DNA from: an uncultured Clostridia bacterium
GTDB lineage: Bacteria; Bacillota; Clostridia; TANB77; CAG-508
Assembly: GCA_944391575.1 (NCBI GenBank)
Contig: CALXUC010000004.1
Span: 1 to 63,661 of the forward strand
Direction: 5' to 3'
Length of the DNA stretch: 63,661 nt
Shown here: in pieces, positions 35,501-46,260 of the stretch
Layout of the letters: every line of letters begins with the position of its first letter
Numbering within the stretch: the stretch's first letter is position 1
Position numbers and translations under genes: made by a program
Notes under the pieces: model-generated
Database searches by the model: none
What the model was told of the DNA's origin: nothing
What the model saw: the letters and a program-made list of their open reading frames with translations, nothing else

Positions 35501-36372
35501 ATAATTACAAATTTATAGATGCAGGAACAGATTTTAATATGATTATGACTGCTGTTGGGGCATTTTCAGGAGAACGTAATTCTAATTATGCAAAATCATG
35601 GAATAGGGAAATTACCAATTCAAAAGGATTTTCTTGCAGTTATATAGGCAACGATATGTTAAGGCACGTGCATACATCAACGGTATACTATGGTTTTTCT
35701 AAAATGGAAAACGATAGTTTATTATTAGCAGGATCAGAAAATTTAGGTTCGGCCACAAACAAGAATGAGTTAGTTATTAACAACAACTCTGTGACATACC
35801 AAAATCCTGAAAATTTAAAAGCAAGTACATTTGACTTTAATGAAATGGTCTTCAAAAGGGAACAAGATGGAAAAAGAAAGCAACCAGATTACTTACTAGT
35901 TTTTAAGGAAAATGGAAAAATTTCAAATATGGAAAATACATTAACCGCAGTAGATGAGTTTAAGAAAGAAGGAATCGACCTACCAATCGTAGTAGTCGAT
36001 GTTGAAAAATGTTTAGAAAGCGAAAAACAAAAAGTAGAAAATATGTTAAAAGAAGCAAAAGAAACAAACAATAGGGAACTGTTAGAAGTTGCAGAACAAA
36101 AAATGGCGACAAATACAGGGGGAAGAGCTATAGGAAGAGTAGATCCATTTGCAGAATATCGCAAAGAGCTATATGAATTAAATGCTCAAATTAGCCCAAG
36201 TGATATAAAAAACGATACAATAAAAGAAGAAGTATACCAAGAAGCATATGAACAAACAGAGCCAATGGAAAGGAAAAAAGAAGTTTCAAAAATAGTAGAA
36301 TTAGCAAGAAAGATAAGAGATATAATAAAAGGCAGAGGAGGGAACAAAAATGGACGAGACGATGGAAGATAG
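32518..36372 (+). CDS. 1284-aa hypothetical cytoplasmic protein made of two tandem modules of about 450 aa; unknown function
   Basis: Module 1 about 33031-34390, module 2 about 34744-36100. They align along their whole length (YPETLKTLESIG/YPKTLKKLESIC; KFIDAGTDFNMIM in both; CSYIGNDML; LPIV(I/V)VDVEKC(I/L)ESEK). The linker has 36-nt LN(T/A)(N/D)E... repeats at 34645-34740. N-terminus has DUF4116-like motifs (weak). No signal peptide or TM. Confidence 0.6.
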   Translation: MKNRERSEEDMPRNAGIITSKEECLEYIATTQGTNINLNNISEELKKDADVIYALILKNQSFINDLSENIIPISYPNILGNLFTSFGPKIFDKMSPELKSNKDFMLKALASYPAAIKYMDNSLLRNLEFRLEADKVIDNNISYYEKHNLELDSIITKSDLNQENVIYAETTLGLNYGKFKLVKNYPETLKTLESIGNGPKGEIFSNCLKNISSKNLEETEWIAELNNLVSKFNDKNYDELLSNINIRNVDINQLNKVLSQPNYFNIKTEEDIMRYEYIRNEVCNAIASGDKEKISQYPLISDMSENEQMRFAVLEKLYGYDLRQAANISSKYIGINDIKIEDPKNTKLLLNSMNDIISENNIEELKKLYTLEPLLIKSQDKTTLEKELKTLYMQEYNKTLFDPNSGREISNEELEQYLRSSEDKSKYKFIDAGTDFNMIMATVGSYQGNTVMGDYAESWNKENPKTEGFNCSYIGNDMLAHAPIQGVCYGFSEMENDSLLLSSDTVLGTTQNKNSLSISNNVGFLTPEEMKASTTEYNEMIFKKEQNGKVKQPNYLIVFKREGGFMNLGPALEAADSFKKKGVDLPIVIVDVEKCIESEKSKINAMLKEAEDKNSKELFSKAEAKLHNNLKASYYQYKFRDVFGKYSGLRENFSKQNLKQEHNNLKGDTYQRLHKQNEIEREAVETNIDEKKYTNNAPNTNTKGSTQVGLNTNERNSIQNSLNANEKENSQNTLNTDEKESTLGLGEDKYNYVKHYPKTLKKLESICGSTKNQAFRACMNEMNNKNLELTEWTTELNNLINRFNDEKFEKLLSTIDVKSTNIEQLSKVLEQPNYFDIKNVEELKNYQNTKMEVCDAIINGDKEKVSKYPLISQMGENDQLRFAVLEKLMGLDLKQAGAMYKYQDLDKIDVKDTNEIKTWITAIKKVNSEIDTDKLRKLYNLEPLPERAQNKSILEQEVKSLYMQKYNETLFQPQKGETIPSEEFEEYLPKGADKNNYKFIDAGTDFNMIMTAVGAFSGERNSNYAKSWNREITNSKGFSCSYIGNDMLRHVHTSTVYYGFSKMENDSLLLAGSENLGSATNKNELVINNNSVTYQNPENLKASTFDFNEMVFKREQDGKRKQPDYLLVFKENGKISNMENTLTAVDEFKKEGIDLPIVVVDVEKCLESEKQKVENMLKEAKETNNRELLEVAEQKMATNTGGRAIGRVDPFAEYRKELYELNAQISPSDIKNDTIKEEVYQEAYEQTEPMERKKEVSKIVELARKIRDIIKGRGGNKNGRDDGR

Positions 36373-36934
36373 AGAAAACATTATAAGAGAAAACATAATA
36401 CTTTCAAAAAAAATATTGCAAATATTAAATGCAAACGATCCTGCTGAAAAAGTAGAACAAAGCACAAATAAGGGAAAAAATAGCACAGAATATATACTAG
36501 CAGAAGTTAATGACATAATAGAACACTCAAATGAAGAACTAAAAAAGAAGATACCACAAAATTTTATGAATATACTAATATCAGCAAAAGATAATTCTTA
36601 CGTATCAGAATTAGACTATGAAAAACCTTTAAAAAATCAAATACAACATGAAACAAAAATAATATTAGGAATAATATATAGAGATTATTTATGCGACGAA
36701 AATAAAAAGCAAGAGTTAATAAAATACGAAAATGAATTACTAGAAAAATTCGAGCAAGAAAGAAATAAAAAATATTCTGTAGATAATCTATTTCAAAATA
36801 GACCATATACAACTAATATTCAACAACCAAACCAAATACAAGATAATGAACAAAATAAAATAATAGAATACAAAGAAGAAAAATGGTATGAAAAAATAAT
36901 AAATTTCTTTAAAAGTTTATTCGGAAAAAAATAA
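36350..36934 (+). CDS. Hypothetical protein, translationally coupled to the 1284-aa ORF
   Basis: GAGGAGGG 7 nt upstream of the ATG. Overlaps the upstream ORF by 23 nt. 194 aa, no recognised domain. Confidence 0.5.
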   Translation: MDETMEDRENIIRENIILSKKILQILNANDPAEKVEQSTNKGKNSTEYILAEVNDIIEHSNEELKKKIPQNFMNILISAKDNSYVSELDYEKPLKNQIQHETKIILGIIYRDYLCDENKKQELIKYENELLEKFEQERNKKYSVDNLFQNRPYTTNIQQPNQIQDNEQNKIIEYKEEKWYEKIINFFKSLFGKK

Positions 36935-36966
36935 TGTTAAATAAATATATTTGGTATTTTCATACA

Positions 36967-37030
36967 ATATAGTTATTTTAAATAATAGTTCGGCTTATAA
37001 AAACAATAATGAGCTTTAAAATAACTATAT
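36967..37030. repeat. Hairpin related to family C (ATATAGTTATTTTAAA arms)
   Basis: 16-bp perfect arms 36967-36982 / 37015-37030. Likely doubles as a terminator. Confidence 0.45.
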
Positions 37031-37141
37031 TTCAAGAAAAATAATATGCATAAATTATGAATTTTTGGTAAAAATTATATAATAATACTTGAAAAGTATT
37101 CAAAATTGATATAGAATATAAAAATCAAGAATAAATTTTAG

Positions 37142-38149
<1,008 letters not shown>

Positions 38150-38291
38150 AATAATAAATATAATATTAAGTAGTAATTAAATAATTTGTAACAATTCAGT
38201 AGATATTTAAATAAAAGTTTGATATATTCTGAGCTATTATAATAATTTTATATTACTGCATATGTAAATAAAGAAAGGATTTGAATTTAGT

Positions 38292-39479
38292 ATGAATAAG
38301 AAAACAGTTGAAGATATTGATGTAAAGGATAAAAAAGTATTAGTAAGATGTGATTTTAATGTTCCTCAAGATGAAAATGGAAATATCACAGATAATAGAA
38401 GAATAGTAGCTTCTTTAAAAACAATAAATTATTTATTAGACCATGATGCAAAAGTAATATTATGCTCACATTTAGGAAGACCAAAAGGTCAAGTAAATGA
38501 AAAATTTTCATTAAAACCAGTAGCAAAAGAATTAAGCAGATTGTTAGGAAAAGAAGTAAAAATGAGTAAAGACGTTATAGGAGAAGATACAAAAAGATTA
38601 GTAAGCGAATTAAGACCAGGAGAAGCAATCTTATTAGAAAATGTGAGATTTCATATAGAAGAAGAAAAAAATGACAAAGAATTTGCAAAAGAATTAGCTT
38701 CTTTAGCAGATATATATGTAAATGATGCATTCGGTACAGCACACCGTGCGCATGCTTCAACAGTAGGGGTAACAGAATACTTACCATCAGTAGCAGGATA
38801 CTTATTAGAAAAAGAAATAGTATTCTTGAGCAATGCATTAGAAAATCCAAAAAGACCATTTGTAGCAATATTAGGTGGTAAAAAAGTATCAGATAAAATA
38901 TCAGTAATAGATAGTTTATTAGATAAAGTAGACTCATTAATAATAGGTGGAGGAATGGCATATACATTCTTTAAAGCTAAAGGATATGAAGTAGGAACAT
39001 CTATTTGCGAAGAAGATAAATTAGATTTAGCTAGAAATATGTTAAAGAAAGCAGAAGAAAAACATGTAAACTTATTATTACCTGTAGATATACATGTAGC
39101 AAAAGAGTTTAGCGAAGATTCAGATGATATGTACGTAGACAGTACAAACATTCCAGCCGACTATATGGGATTAGACGCTGGTCCAAAATCTGTTGAGCTA
39201 TATAAAGAAGTATTAAGAAAAGCAAAAACAATAGTATGGAATGGTCCATTAGGAGTATTTGAAATGGATAAATTTGCTACAGCTACAAACCAAATAGCAG
39301 AAGAATTAGCAAAACTAGATGACTGCATAACAATAATAGGTGGAGGAGACTCATCAGCAGCAGTAGAAAAAGCTGGATTATCAGATAAAATGACACATAT
39401 ATCAACAGGTGGAGGAGCATCTCTTGAACTATTAGAAGGAAAACAATTACCAGGGTTAGTAGCTTTAGATGATAAATAA
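38292..39479 (+). CDS. pgk: Phosphoglycerate kinase
   Basis: [50 protein letters not shown]. Confidence 0.96.
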   Translation: MNKKTVEDIDVKDKKVLVRCDFNVPQDENGNITDNRRIVASLKTINYLLDHDAKVILCSHLGRPKGQVNEKFSLKPVAKELSRLLGKEVKMSKDVIGEDTKRLVSELRPGEAILLENVRFHIEEEKNDKEFAKELASLADIYVNDAFGTAHRAHASTVGVTEYLPSVAGYLLEKEIVFLSNALENPKRPFVAILGGKKVSDKISVIDSLLDKVDSLIIGGGMAYTFFKAKGYEVGTSICEEDKLDLARNMLKKAEEKHVNLLLPVDIHVAKEFSEDSDDMYVDSTNIPADYMGLDAGPKSVELYKEVLRKAKTIVWNGPLGVFEMDKFATATNQIAEELAKLDDCITIIGGGDSSAAVEKAGLSDKMTHISTGGGASLELLEGKQLPGLVALDDK

Positions 39480-39580
39480 AATTAGTGAACTTTAGAAGAT
39501 TTCTTCTAAAGTTCATAATTAGTAAATTTGTAATATTAAAAATAATTAATGTATAGTATTTTATTATTTTTGGAGGTTTT

Positions 39581-40333
39581 ATGAGAAAAAAAATTATTGC
39601 AGGAAATTGGAAGATGAATAAATTACCAAACGAAGCAATGGAATTTATAGAAGAACTTGCACCGTTAGTAAAAGACACAAAAAATGAAGTAATACTATGT
39701 GTGCCATACATAGATTTATTTTATGCATTATTAACAGTACAAGGAACTAATATAAAAATAGGTGCACAAAATATGCATTATGAAGAAAGCGGTGCATATA
39801 CAGGAGAAATATCAGCAGAAATGTTGAAAGCAATAAATGTAGAATATGTAATAATTGGTCATTCAGAAAGAAGACAATACTATAACGAAACAGACGAAAC
39901 AGTCTCATTAAAATTAAAAAAAGCAATAGAAGTCGGACTAAAACCAATTTTTTGTGTAGGTGAAACTTTAGAAGAAAGAGAAGCGGGAAAAGCCGAAGAA
40001 ATTATTACAAATCAAGTAAAACAAGGCTTATCAAAAGTAAAAAAACATCAACTTCAAAATTTGATAATAGCATACGAACCAATATGGGCAATAGGAACTG
40101 GAAAAACAGCAACAGCAGAAGATGCAAATAATTCAATAAAAGCAATAAGAAATGAAATATTAAAATTATATGGTAAAGAAATTGCAGAAAATATAATAAT
40201 TCAATATGGTGGTAGCGTAAAATCTACCAATGCAAAAGAATTATTCGAAATGAGCGATATTGATGGCGCATTAGTAGGTGGAGCAAGTTTAAAAGCAGAT
40301 GAATTTGCTAAAATCGTAGAATATGATAAATAA
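39581..40333 (+). CDS. tpiA: Triose-phosphate isomerase
   Basis: IIAGNWKMN, IIGHSERR, AYEPIWAIGTGKTAT, YGGSVK. Confidence 0.96.
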   Translation: MRKKIIAGNWKMNKLPNEAMEFIEELAPLVKDTKNEVILCVPYIDLFYALLTVQGTNIKIGAQNMHYEESGAYTGEISAEMLKAINVEYVIIGHSERRQYYNETDETVSLKLKKAIEVGLKPIFCVGETLEEREAGKAEEIITNQVKQGLSKVKKHQLQNLIIAYEPIWAIGTGKTATAEDANNSIKAIRNEILKLYGKEIAENIIIQYGGSVKSTNAKELFEMSDIDGALVGGASLKADEFAKIVEYDK

Positions 40334-40345
40334 GGAGGGTATGAA

Positions 40346-41881
40346 ATGAAAAATAATTTAGTAATGTTAATGATATTAGACGGATTAGGTTTAAACGAAA
40401 ATGAAGAAGGAAATGCATTTAAATTAGCGAATACACCAAATTTAGATAGATTAATGAAACAAAATCCAAATACAATTCTTCATACAAGTGGATTAGATGT
40501 GGGACTACCAGAAGGACAAATGGGAAATTCAGAAGTTGGTCATACAAATATAGGAGCTGGAAGAATAGTATATCAAGAATTAACTAAAATAACAAGAGAC
40601 ATAGAAATGGGAGACTTTTTTAGTAATGAAGAATTAGTAAAAGCTGTAGAATATTGCAAAAAAAATAATTCAAAATTACATTTAATGGGGTTATTATCAG
40701 ATGGAGGCGTTCATAGTCATATTAGACATTTATATGGACTATTAGAGCTAGCTAAAAGAAAAGACTTTGAAGATGTATACATTCATTGCTTCTTAGATGG
40801 AAGAGATACTCCACAAGCATCAGCAGAGAATTATATTATGGATTTACAAGAAAAAATAGAAGAAAAGCAAGTTGGAAAAATTGCAACATTAATTGGTAGA
40901 TTTTATGCGATGGATAGAGATAAAAGATGGGAACGTGTAGAAAAAGCGTATAGAGCATTAGTAAAAGGAGAAGGCGAACGCTCTATAAATCCTGTTCAAG
41001 CAATAGAAAGGTCATATCAAAAAGAAATATTTGACGAATTCGTAGAACCCATAGTAATAGTAAATAAAGAAGATAAACCAATAGCAAAAATTGAAAAAAA
41101 TGATGCAGTAATCTTCTTTAACTTTAGACCAGATAGAGCAAGAGAAATAACGAGAGCCTTAGTAGATAATAATTTTAATGAATTTGAAACAGAAAAAAAT
41201 TTAAACCTATATTATGTATGTTTTACAGAATATGATAAAACAATACCAAACGTAAAAATTGCATTTAAACCAACAAAATTAGTAAATACATTTGGAGAAT
41301 ATATAAGCAAAAAAGGATTAAAACAATTAAGGATAGCAGAAACGGAAAAATATGCTCATGTAACATTCTTTTTTAATGGTGGAGAAGAAAAGCAATATGA
41401 AGGAGAAGACAGAATATTAGTACCATCTCCAAAAGTAAAAACATATGACATGCAACCAGAAATGAGCGCCGAAGAAGTTACAGAAAAAGTAGTAGAAGCA
41501 ATAGAAAATAAAAAATACGATTCTATAATCTTAAATTACGCTAATCCAGATATGGTGGGGCATACGGGAAGTTTAAAAGCAGCAATAAAAGCTGTAGAAT
41601 TTATAGACCAATGTGTAGGAAAAGTGGAAAAAGCAGTTCTAGAAGTGGGCGGAATGTTATTAATAACAGCAGACCATGGAAATGCAGAACAAATGATAGA
41701 TTACAAAACAGGTGAACCACATACTGCACACACAACAAATCCAGTTCCATTAATATTAGTAGGAAAAGATAATACAACTTTAAAAGAAGGTAAATTAGCA
41801 GATTTAGCACCAACAATGTTATATCTATTAGGATTAGAAATACCTCAAGAAATGGAAGGTAAAGTATTAGTAGAAGAATAG
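40346..41881 (+). CDS. gpmI: 2,3-bisphosphoglycerate-independent phosphoglycerate mutase
   Basis: MILDGLG, GNSEVGHTNIGAGR, LSDGGVHSH, ANPDMVGHTG, ITADHGN. Confidence 0.96.
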   Translation: MKNNLVMLMILDGLGLNENEEGNAFKLANTPNLDRLMKQNPNTILHTSGLDVGLPEGQMGNSEVGHTNIGAGRIVYQELTKITRDIEMGDFFSNEELVKAVEYCKKNNSKLHLMGLLSDGGVHSHIRHLYGLLELAKRKDFEDVYIHCFLDGRDTPQASAENYIMDLQEKIEEKQVGKIATLIGRFYAMDRDKRWERVEKAYRALVKGEGERSINPVQAIERSYQKEIFDEFVEPIVIVNKEDKPIAKIEKNDAVIFFNFRPDRAREITRALVDNNFNEFETEKNLNLYYVCFTEYDKTIPNVKIAFKPTKLVNTFGEYISKKGLKQLRIAETEKYAHVTFFFNGGEEKQYEGEDRILVPSPKVKTYDMQPEMSAEEVTEKVVEAIENKKYDSIILNYANPDMVGHTGSLKAAIKAVEFIDQCVGKVEKAVLEVGGMLLITADHGNAEQMIDYKTGEPHTAHTTNPVPLILVGKDNTTLKEGKLADLAPTMLYLLGLEIPQEMEGKVLVEE

Positions 41882-41950
41882 TACTATACAAAAAGCAAAA
41901 AATGTGATAAAATATTAAAAGTTGTAAAAAATTAAAAGGAGGAATTAATA

Positions 41951-42679
41951 ATGTCAGGACACAGTAAATGGCATAACATTCAAGCAAGAAAAGGAAAACA
42001 AGACGCTCAAAGAGGAAAAATATTTACAAAATTAGGAAGAGAAATTTTAATGGCGGTAAAAGCTGGAGGACCAGATTTAGCTTCAAATGCAAAATTAAGA
42101 GATGTAGTTGCAAAAGCTAAAGCAAATAACATGCCAAATGATACTATAGATAAAGCAATTAAAAAAGCAAGTGGTGAAGGTAGCTCAGCACATTATGATG
42201 AAATAGTATATGAAGGATATGGACCAAATGGTGTAGCTTTAATAGTAAATGCGTCTACAGATAATAAAAATAGAACAGCATCAGATGTAAGACACGCTTT
42301 CGATAAATCAGGTGGTAATTTAGGAACAGCTGGTTGTGTATCATATTTATTTGAAAGAAAAGGCGTAATAGTAATAGAAAAAGAAGCCACAAAAATGGAC
42401 GAAGAAGAATTAATGATGTTAGCTATAGAAGCTGGAGCAGAGGACTTCCAATCAGAAGGTGAAGTGTATGAAATAACAACTGCACCAGAAGATTTTTCAA
42501 AAGTAAGAGAAGAATTAGAAAAAAATGATATAACATTCTTAGAAGCTGGAATTCAAATGGTGCCATCTACATATATCAAGTTAGATGAAAAAGGGGCACA
42601 AAAAATGCAAAATTTAATAGATAGACTAGAAGATTTAGATGATGTTATAGAAGTATTCCATAATTGGGAAGAAGAATAG
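41951..42679 (+). CDS. yebC: YebC/PmpR-family DNA-binding transcriptional regulator
   Basis: [32 protein letters not shown]..., [13 protein letters not shown]. Confidence 0.93.
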   Translation: MSGHSKWHNIQARKGKQDAQRGKIFTKLGREILMAVKAGGPDLASNAKLRDVVAKAKANNMPNDTIDKAIKKASGEGSSAHYDEIVYEGYGPNGVALIVNASTDNKNRTASDVRHAFDKSGGNLGTAGCVSYLFERKGVIVIEKEATKMDEEELMMLAIEAGAEDFQSEGEVYEITTAPEDFSKVREELEKNDITFLEAGIQMVPSTYIKLDEKGAQKMQNLIDRLEDLDDVIEVFHNWEEE

Positions 42680-42741
42680 AAGAAATAAAACGTAATTTTC
42701 GACAATTATAAATAAAAGCTTATGGAAGGAAATGTATAACT

Positions 42742-43839
42742 ATGAAAAATAAAAAGATAATAATAACAGTATCAATAATTGTAGTAGTACTCATTATAAT
42801 TGCTATAATTGCATTTGTTGCTACTAAAAACAATAGAAATAACTTAGAAAATCTAAATAACTTAAATGAAAATACTTTATTAGAGAACGAATTAAATATT
42901 GTAAATGAATTAAGTTTAGAAAATGAAATTTCTTTAGAGAATGAAGTACTAGAAAATCAAGTGAATGTAGCAAATAATGATGAAAACCAAATTAATTCTG
43001 AAAACGAAGTTAATGGGGAAAATTCTGGAACACCATCGTCTGGAAGCGACTCTAATACAGATACTCCAAACAATGATAACGAGCCTAACAGCAGTAATAA
43101 TAATAGTGGCAATAATGATGCTAATAACAGTGGTAATAACAATAACACTGAACCAGTAGTATATCCAACATACCAAAAATTATCATATGGCAGTTCAGAA
43201 AACGGAAGAGATTTAGCATACTATTCAATAGCGCCAGATAATTATACAAGTACATTATTAATGGTATTCGCAATACACGGTTATGAAGACGGATACGCTA
43301 AAGACGGACAATTATTAGTAGATACAGCAGAATATTTAAAAAATTATTATCAAAACAAATTACAAACTGAAATGGCGAATACTAGAGTATTAATAGTACC
43401 ATGTGCAAATCCAGATGGATTATATGAAGGAACAACTAATAACGGATTTGGAAGATGTAACGCAAAAGGAATAGACTTAAACCGTGATTTTGATGCATTA
43501 CACAAAGTATTTAATAGTGCAAGAAACTATACACAATATCCATTCTCAGCAAAAGAATCACAAGCTTTAAGAGATTTAATATATGCAGAAGATCCAGACG
43601 CAGTATTAGACCTTCACGGCTGGGAAAATTGTACAATAGGTGATGGAAAATTAGCAGATGTATTTAAAACATATGTGGGGTTAAATCATAAAACAGAATT
43701 TAACTCAAACTGTAACGGATACTTATCTTATTGGGCACACTTACAAGGAGCAGATAGTCTTTTAGTAGAATTCAGAAACACAAGTATCCCTAAGGAAAGC
43801 GTAGCACAAGCAATAGATAAAATATTAGAAATAATATAA
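42742..43839 (+). CDS. Membrane-anchored M14-family zinc carboxypeptidase (gamma-D-glutamyl-meso-DAP peptidase-like) with an Asn/Glu-rich linker
   Basis: TM IIITVSIIVVVLIIIAIIAFVA. Low-complexity LENxxN repeats. Catalytic-domain motifs AIHGYEDG (HxxE), CANPDG, GIDLNRDF, LDLHGW. Confidence 0.7.
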   Translation: MKNKKIIITVSIIVVVLIIIAIIAFVATKNNRNNLENLNNLNENTLLENELNIVNELSLENEISLENEVLENQVNVANNDENQINSENEVNGENSGTPSSGSDSNTDTPNNDNEPNSSNNNSGNNDANNSGNNNNTEPVVYPTYQKLSYGSSENGRDLAYYSIAPDNYTSTLLMVFAIHGYEDGYAKDGQLLVDTAEYLKNYYQNKLQTEMANTRVLIVPCANPDGLYEGTTNNGFGRCNAKGIDLNRDFDALHKVFNSARNYTQYPFSAKESQALRDLIYAEDPDAVLDLHGWENCTIGDGKLADVFKTYVGLNHKTEFNSNCNGYLSYWAHLQGADSLLVEFRNTSIPKESVAQAIDKILEII

Positions 43840-43860
43840 AAATTTAAATTAAAAAACAAG

Positions 43861-43978
43861 AAAAATCTTGATATATAGCGATTTTAGATAATGCGAATAC
43901 GAATAAAAATAATTAGAGCTTCTTATTGTTTTTATGAGTCGAGCTATTTATTTAAAATCGCTATATATCAAGATTTTT
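43861..43978 (+). repeat. Palindromic intergenic element, family C copy 2
   Basis: Arms AAAAATCTTGATATATAGCGATTTTA (43861-43886) / reverse complement (43953-43978). Loop ...GCGAATACGAATAAAAATAATTAGAGC...TTATGAGTCGAGC shared with copy C1. Confidence 0.75.
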
Positions 43979-44071
43979 CCTATTTCCCTAGTGATTTAAA
44001 AATCTATTTATTACAAACGTATTACAAAAATATTACAATTATGTTAAAAAAAGAAAAAATATAAAAAATTG

Positions 44072-44100
44072 TTGAAAAAAAAGGAAAAATAAAGTATAAT
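44072..44100 (+). promoter_or_regulatory. Near-consensus sigma-A promoter for the T4SS-like operon
   Basis: TTGAAA (44072-44077) -17 nt- TATAAT (44095-44100), about 40 nt upstream of the first gene. Confidence 0.55.
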
Positions 44101-44139
44101 TATTATAAATGGATAGTTAGGTAAATTGGAGGCGTGACC

Positions 44140-44544
44140 ATGAATAAAAAAATTTTTAATATAGTAAAAATTGTATTAGTGATAATAGTAATTTTATTTA
44201 TTTTATCACCTGACATTTATGCTACTACTAGTATGCCAAATGCTGATGAATTACATAGTCAAGCACAAGATTTCATAAATAAAGGACAATCAAGTGCTAA
44301 AATTGATGTTAATAAAATAGCAGAAATAATGAAGCCATTAGCCTCAATATTATTAGCAATAGGAACTGTAGTATTAGTTGTAGTAACAGCAGTTATGGGT
44401 GTAAAATATATGTCTGCTACACCAGATGTAAGAGCTAAATTAAAAACGCAACTTATAGGAATTGCAGTATCAGCAATAGTATTATTTGGAGCATATGGAA
44501 TTTGGTCATTAGCTTACACAATAATGAGCGATTTAACAAAATAA
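44140..44544 (+). CDS. VirB2/TrbC-like T4SS pilin-family protein, paralogue 4
   Basis: ATG 7 nt after GGAGG (track ORF starts at GTG 44134). Signal peptide ending IYA/TT. LASILLAIGTVVLVVVTAVMGVKYMSATPDVRAKLKTQLIGIAVSAIVLFGA has the same two-TM hairpin and (K/R)(Y/F)(I/M)(S/T)A(A/T)P loop as 20130-21485. Confidence 0.65.
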   Translation: MNKKIFNIVKIVLVIIVILFILSPDIYATTSMPNADELHSQAQDFINKGQSSAKIDVNKIAEIMKPLASILLAIGTVVLVVVTAVMGVKYMSATPDVRAKLKTQLIGIAVSAIVLFGAYGIWSLAYTIMSDLTK

Positions 44545-44575
44545 AATATAAATAAAAAACATAGGAGGTTTAAGT

Positions 44576-44923
44576 ATGGGTACATATACAATACCAAGAA
44601 ATCTAAAAGGGGAAACGAGATTATTATTAATATTCTCAATCAAGTCTTTAATAACAACAGCAATAGGAGCAGCAATAGGTGGTCTTTTCTATTTAATTAT
44701 TGGTTTAGGATTTGGGCAAGAGACAGCAGGTTATATTGTATTAGGAATTTTTGGCTTAATTGGATTTGGAGTAGGAACTATTAAAATACCAACAATAGCC
44801 GGACTCCCAATTACTAAAAAAATAGGTGGAGAATCTATTGATCAAATAGTAATAAGATTTTTTAAATTTAGGATGACGAAAAAGAAATATGCTTATTTTA
44901 TAACTAAGGAGGGAGAAAAATAA
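44576..44923 (+). CDS. PrgI-family (VirB3-like) T4SS membrane protein
   Basis: YTIPRNLKGETRLLLIFSIKSLITTAIGAAIGGLFYLI, then a second TM. 115 aa. Typical position shortly upstream of VirB4 in Firmicutes transfer regions. Confidence 0.65.
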   Translation: MGTYTIPRNLKGETRLLLIFSIKSLITTAIGAAIGGLFYLIIGLGFGQETAGYIVLGIFGLIGFGVGTIKIPTIAGLPITKKIGGESIDQIVIRFFKFRMTKKKYAYFITKEGEK

Positions 44924-46218
44924 TGGATACTACAACAATAATATTAATTGTATTAGCTTGTGTTTTAGTTTTAATAATTCTTTTGGGTGGAATATATTTC
45001 GCTATAAGTGCAAATGAAAAAAAGAAAAAAGCTGCACAACAAAAACAAGCAGAAAGATACTTAGCTGGAGCAATGGATGTACCAATTACATCTATGGATC
45101 AATTTATGGAATTTGACGAAATAAAAGATAATATGATAATTAGAAGAAATAGAACACAATATGTTATGGCAATACAATGCCAAGGTGTAAATTATGACTT
45201 GTTATCAGAAGAAGAAAAATTAGCAGTAGAAGAAGGATTTATACAATTTTTAAATACATTAAGATTTCCAATTCAATTATATGTTCAAACAAGAACTTTA
45301 AATTTAAAAGATATTATAGAAGAATATAGAGGCAGAATGAAAGAGAAAAAAGATGAGATAGAAAAATTAAGATTAAAATTAGATCAAGTTAAATTAACTG
45401 GAAACTTAAACCAAATAGATAAATTAGAATTTGAAATAAGAAGAAGAGAAAACGTATTTGAATATGGAATGGATATATCAGAATATATTGCAAGATTAAG
45501 TTTAAATAGTAACATATTACAACAAAAAACATATGTAATAGTTTCATACTATGCAGCTGAGACAGGCGAAGGTGGAAATCTTCCAAAAGAAGAACTAGAT
45601 AGTAGATGCTTCTCAGAATTATATACAAGATGTCAATCTGTAATAAGAACATTAGCATCTGCAGAAGTTCAAGGAAGAATTTTATCTTCAGAAGAATTGG
45701 CAGAATTATTATATGTAGCATATAACAGAGAAGATTCAGAAAATCTTCAATTATCTAAAGTATTAGATTCAGAATACGATAGCTTATATAATAAAGGTAA
45801 AGATATATTATTGAAACGTCAAGAACAATTAGATGAACAAATACAATTAGAAGCAATAGATTTAGCAACAGATAGTATATTAGAGGCAGATCGAAAGAGA
45901 AGAGAAAAAGAAGAATTAAGAAGAATGGAAGTACAAGAAAAAGCCTTAAACTTATTAGAGCAATATAAAGGACAAATGGATCCAGAATTATATGAAGAAT
46001 CTACTAAAGAAATAAAGAGAAGAATAGTTAGAAAGAAAAAGATACAAGAGCAAGTTGCAGACCAAGATTTAGCAAGTGCAAGAGCAGCAAATGGAGAAAT
46101 AGTAGAACAAAATATAGAAAGCGAAAACTCAGAAGAAGAAAAGCCTAAAAAAACAAGAGGAAGAAAACCAAAAAAGGTAAGTGAAGAAGATGAAAGTATA
46201 GATAAAAAAGCTATGTAA
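44923..46218 (+). CDS. Membrane-anchored coiled-coil protein of the T4SS-like operon (function unknown)
   Basis: Start overlaps the upstream stop (TAATG). N-terminal TM IILIVLACVLVLIILLGGIYFAI. Region YVMAIQCQGVNYDLLSEEEKLAVEEGFIQFLNTLRFPIQLYVQTR resembles the N-terminal domain of VirB4-type proteins. Lys/Glu-rich tail. Confidence 0.5.
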   Translation: MDTTTIILIVLACVLVLIILLGGIYFAISANEKKKKAAQQKQAERYLAGAMDVPITSMDQFMEFDEIKDNMIIRRNRTQYVMAIQCQGVNYDLLSEEEKLAVEEGFIQFLNTLRFPIQLYVQTRTLNLKDIIEEYRGRMKEKKDEIEKLRLKLDQVKLTGNLNQIDKLEFEIRRRENVFEYGMDISEYIARLSLNSNILQQKTYVIVSYYAAETGEGGNLPKEELDSRCFSELYTRCQSVIRTLASAEVQGRILSSEELAELLYVAYNREDSENLQLSKVLDSEYDSLYNKGKDILLKRQEQLDEQIQLEAIDLATDSILEADRKRREKEELRRMEVQEKALNLLEQYKGQMDPELYEESTKEIKRRIVRKKKIQEQVADQDLASARAANGEIVEQNIESENSEEEKPKKTRGRKPKKVSEEDESIDKKAM

Positions 46219-46260
46219 AACAACTAGGCAACGACAAAAGAAAATAAAAGGAGATGTTAG

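Noticed and set aside
43840-44139. Left boundary of an integrative element (att site, integrase, tRNA target) for the T4SS-like region.
   Set aside because: It contains only a family-C palindromic element and a promoter. No integrase or recombinase, and no tRNA; the tRNA cluster is 15 kb away with housekeeping genes in between. No direct repeat can be assessed because the right end is outside the window.
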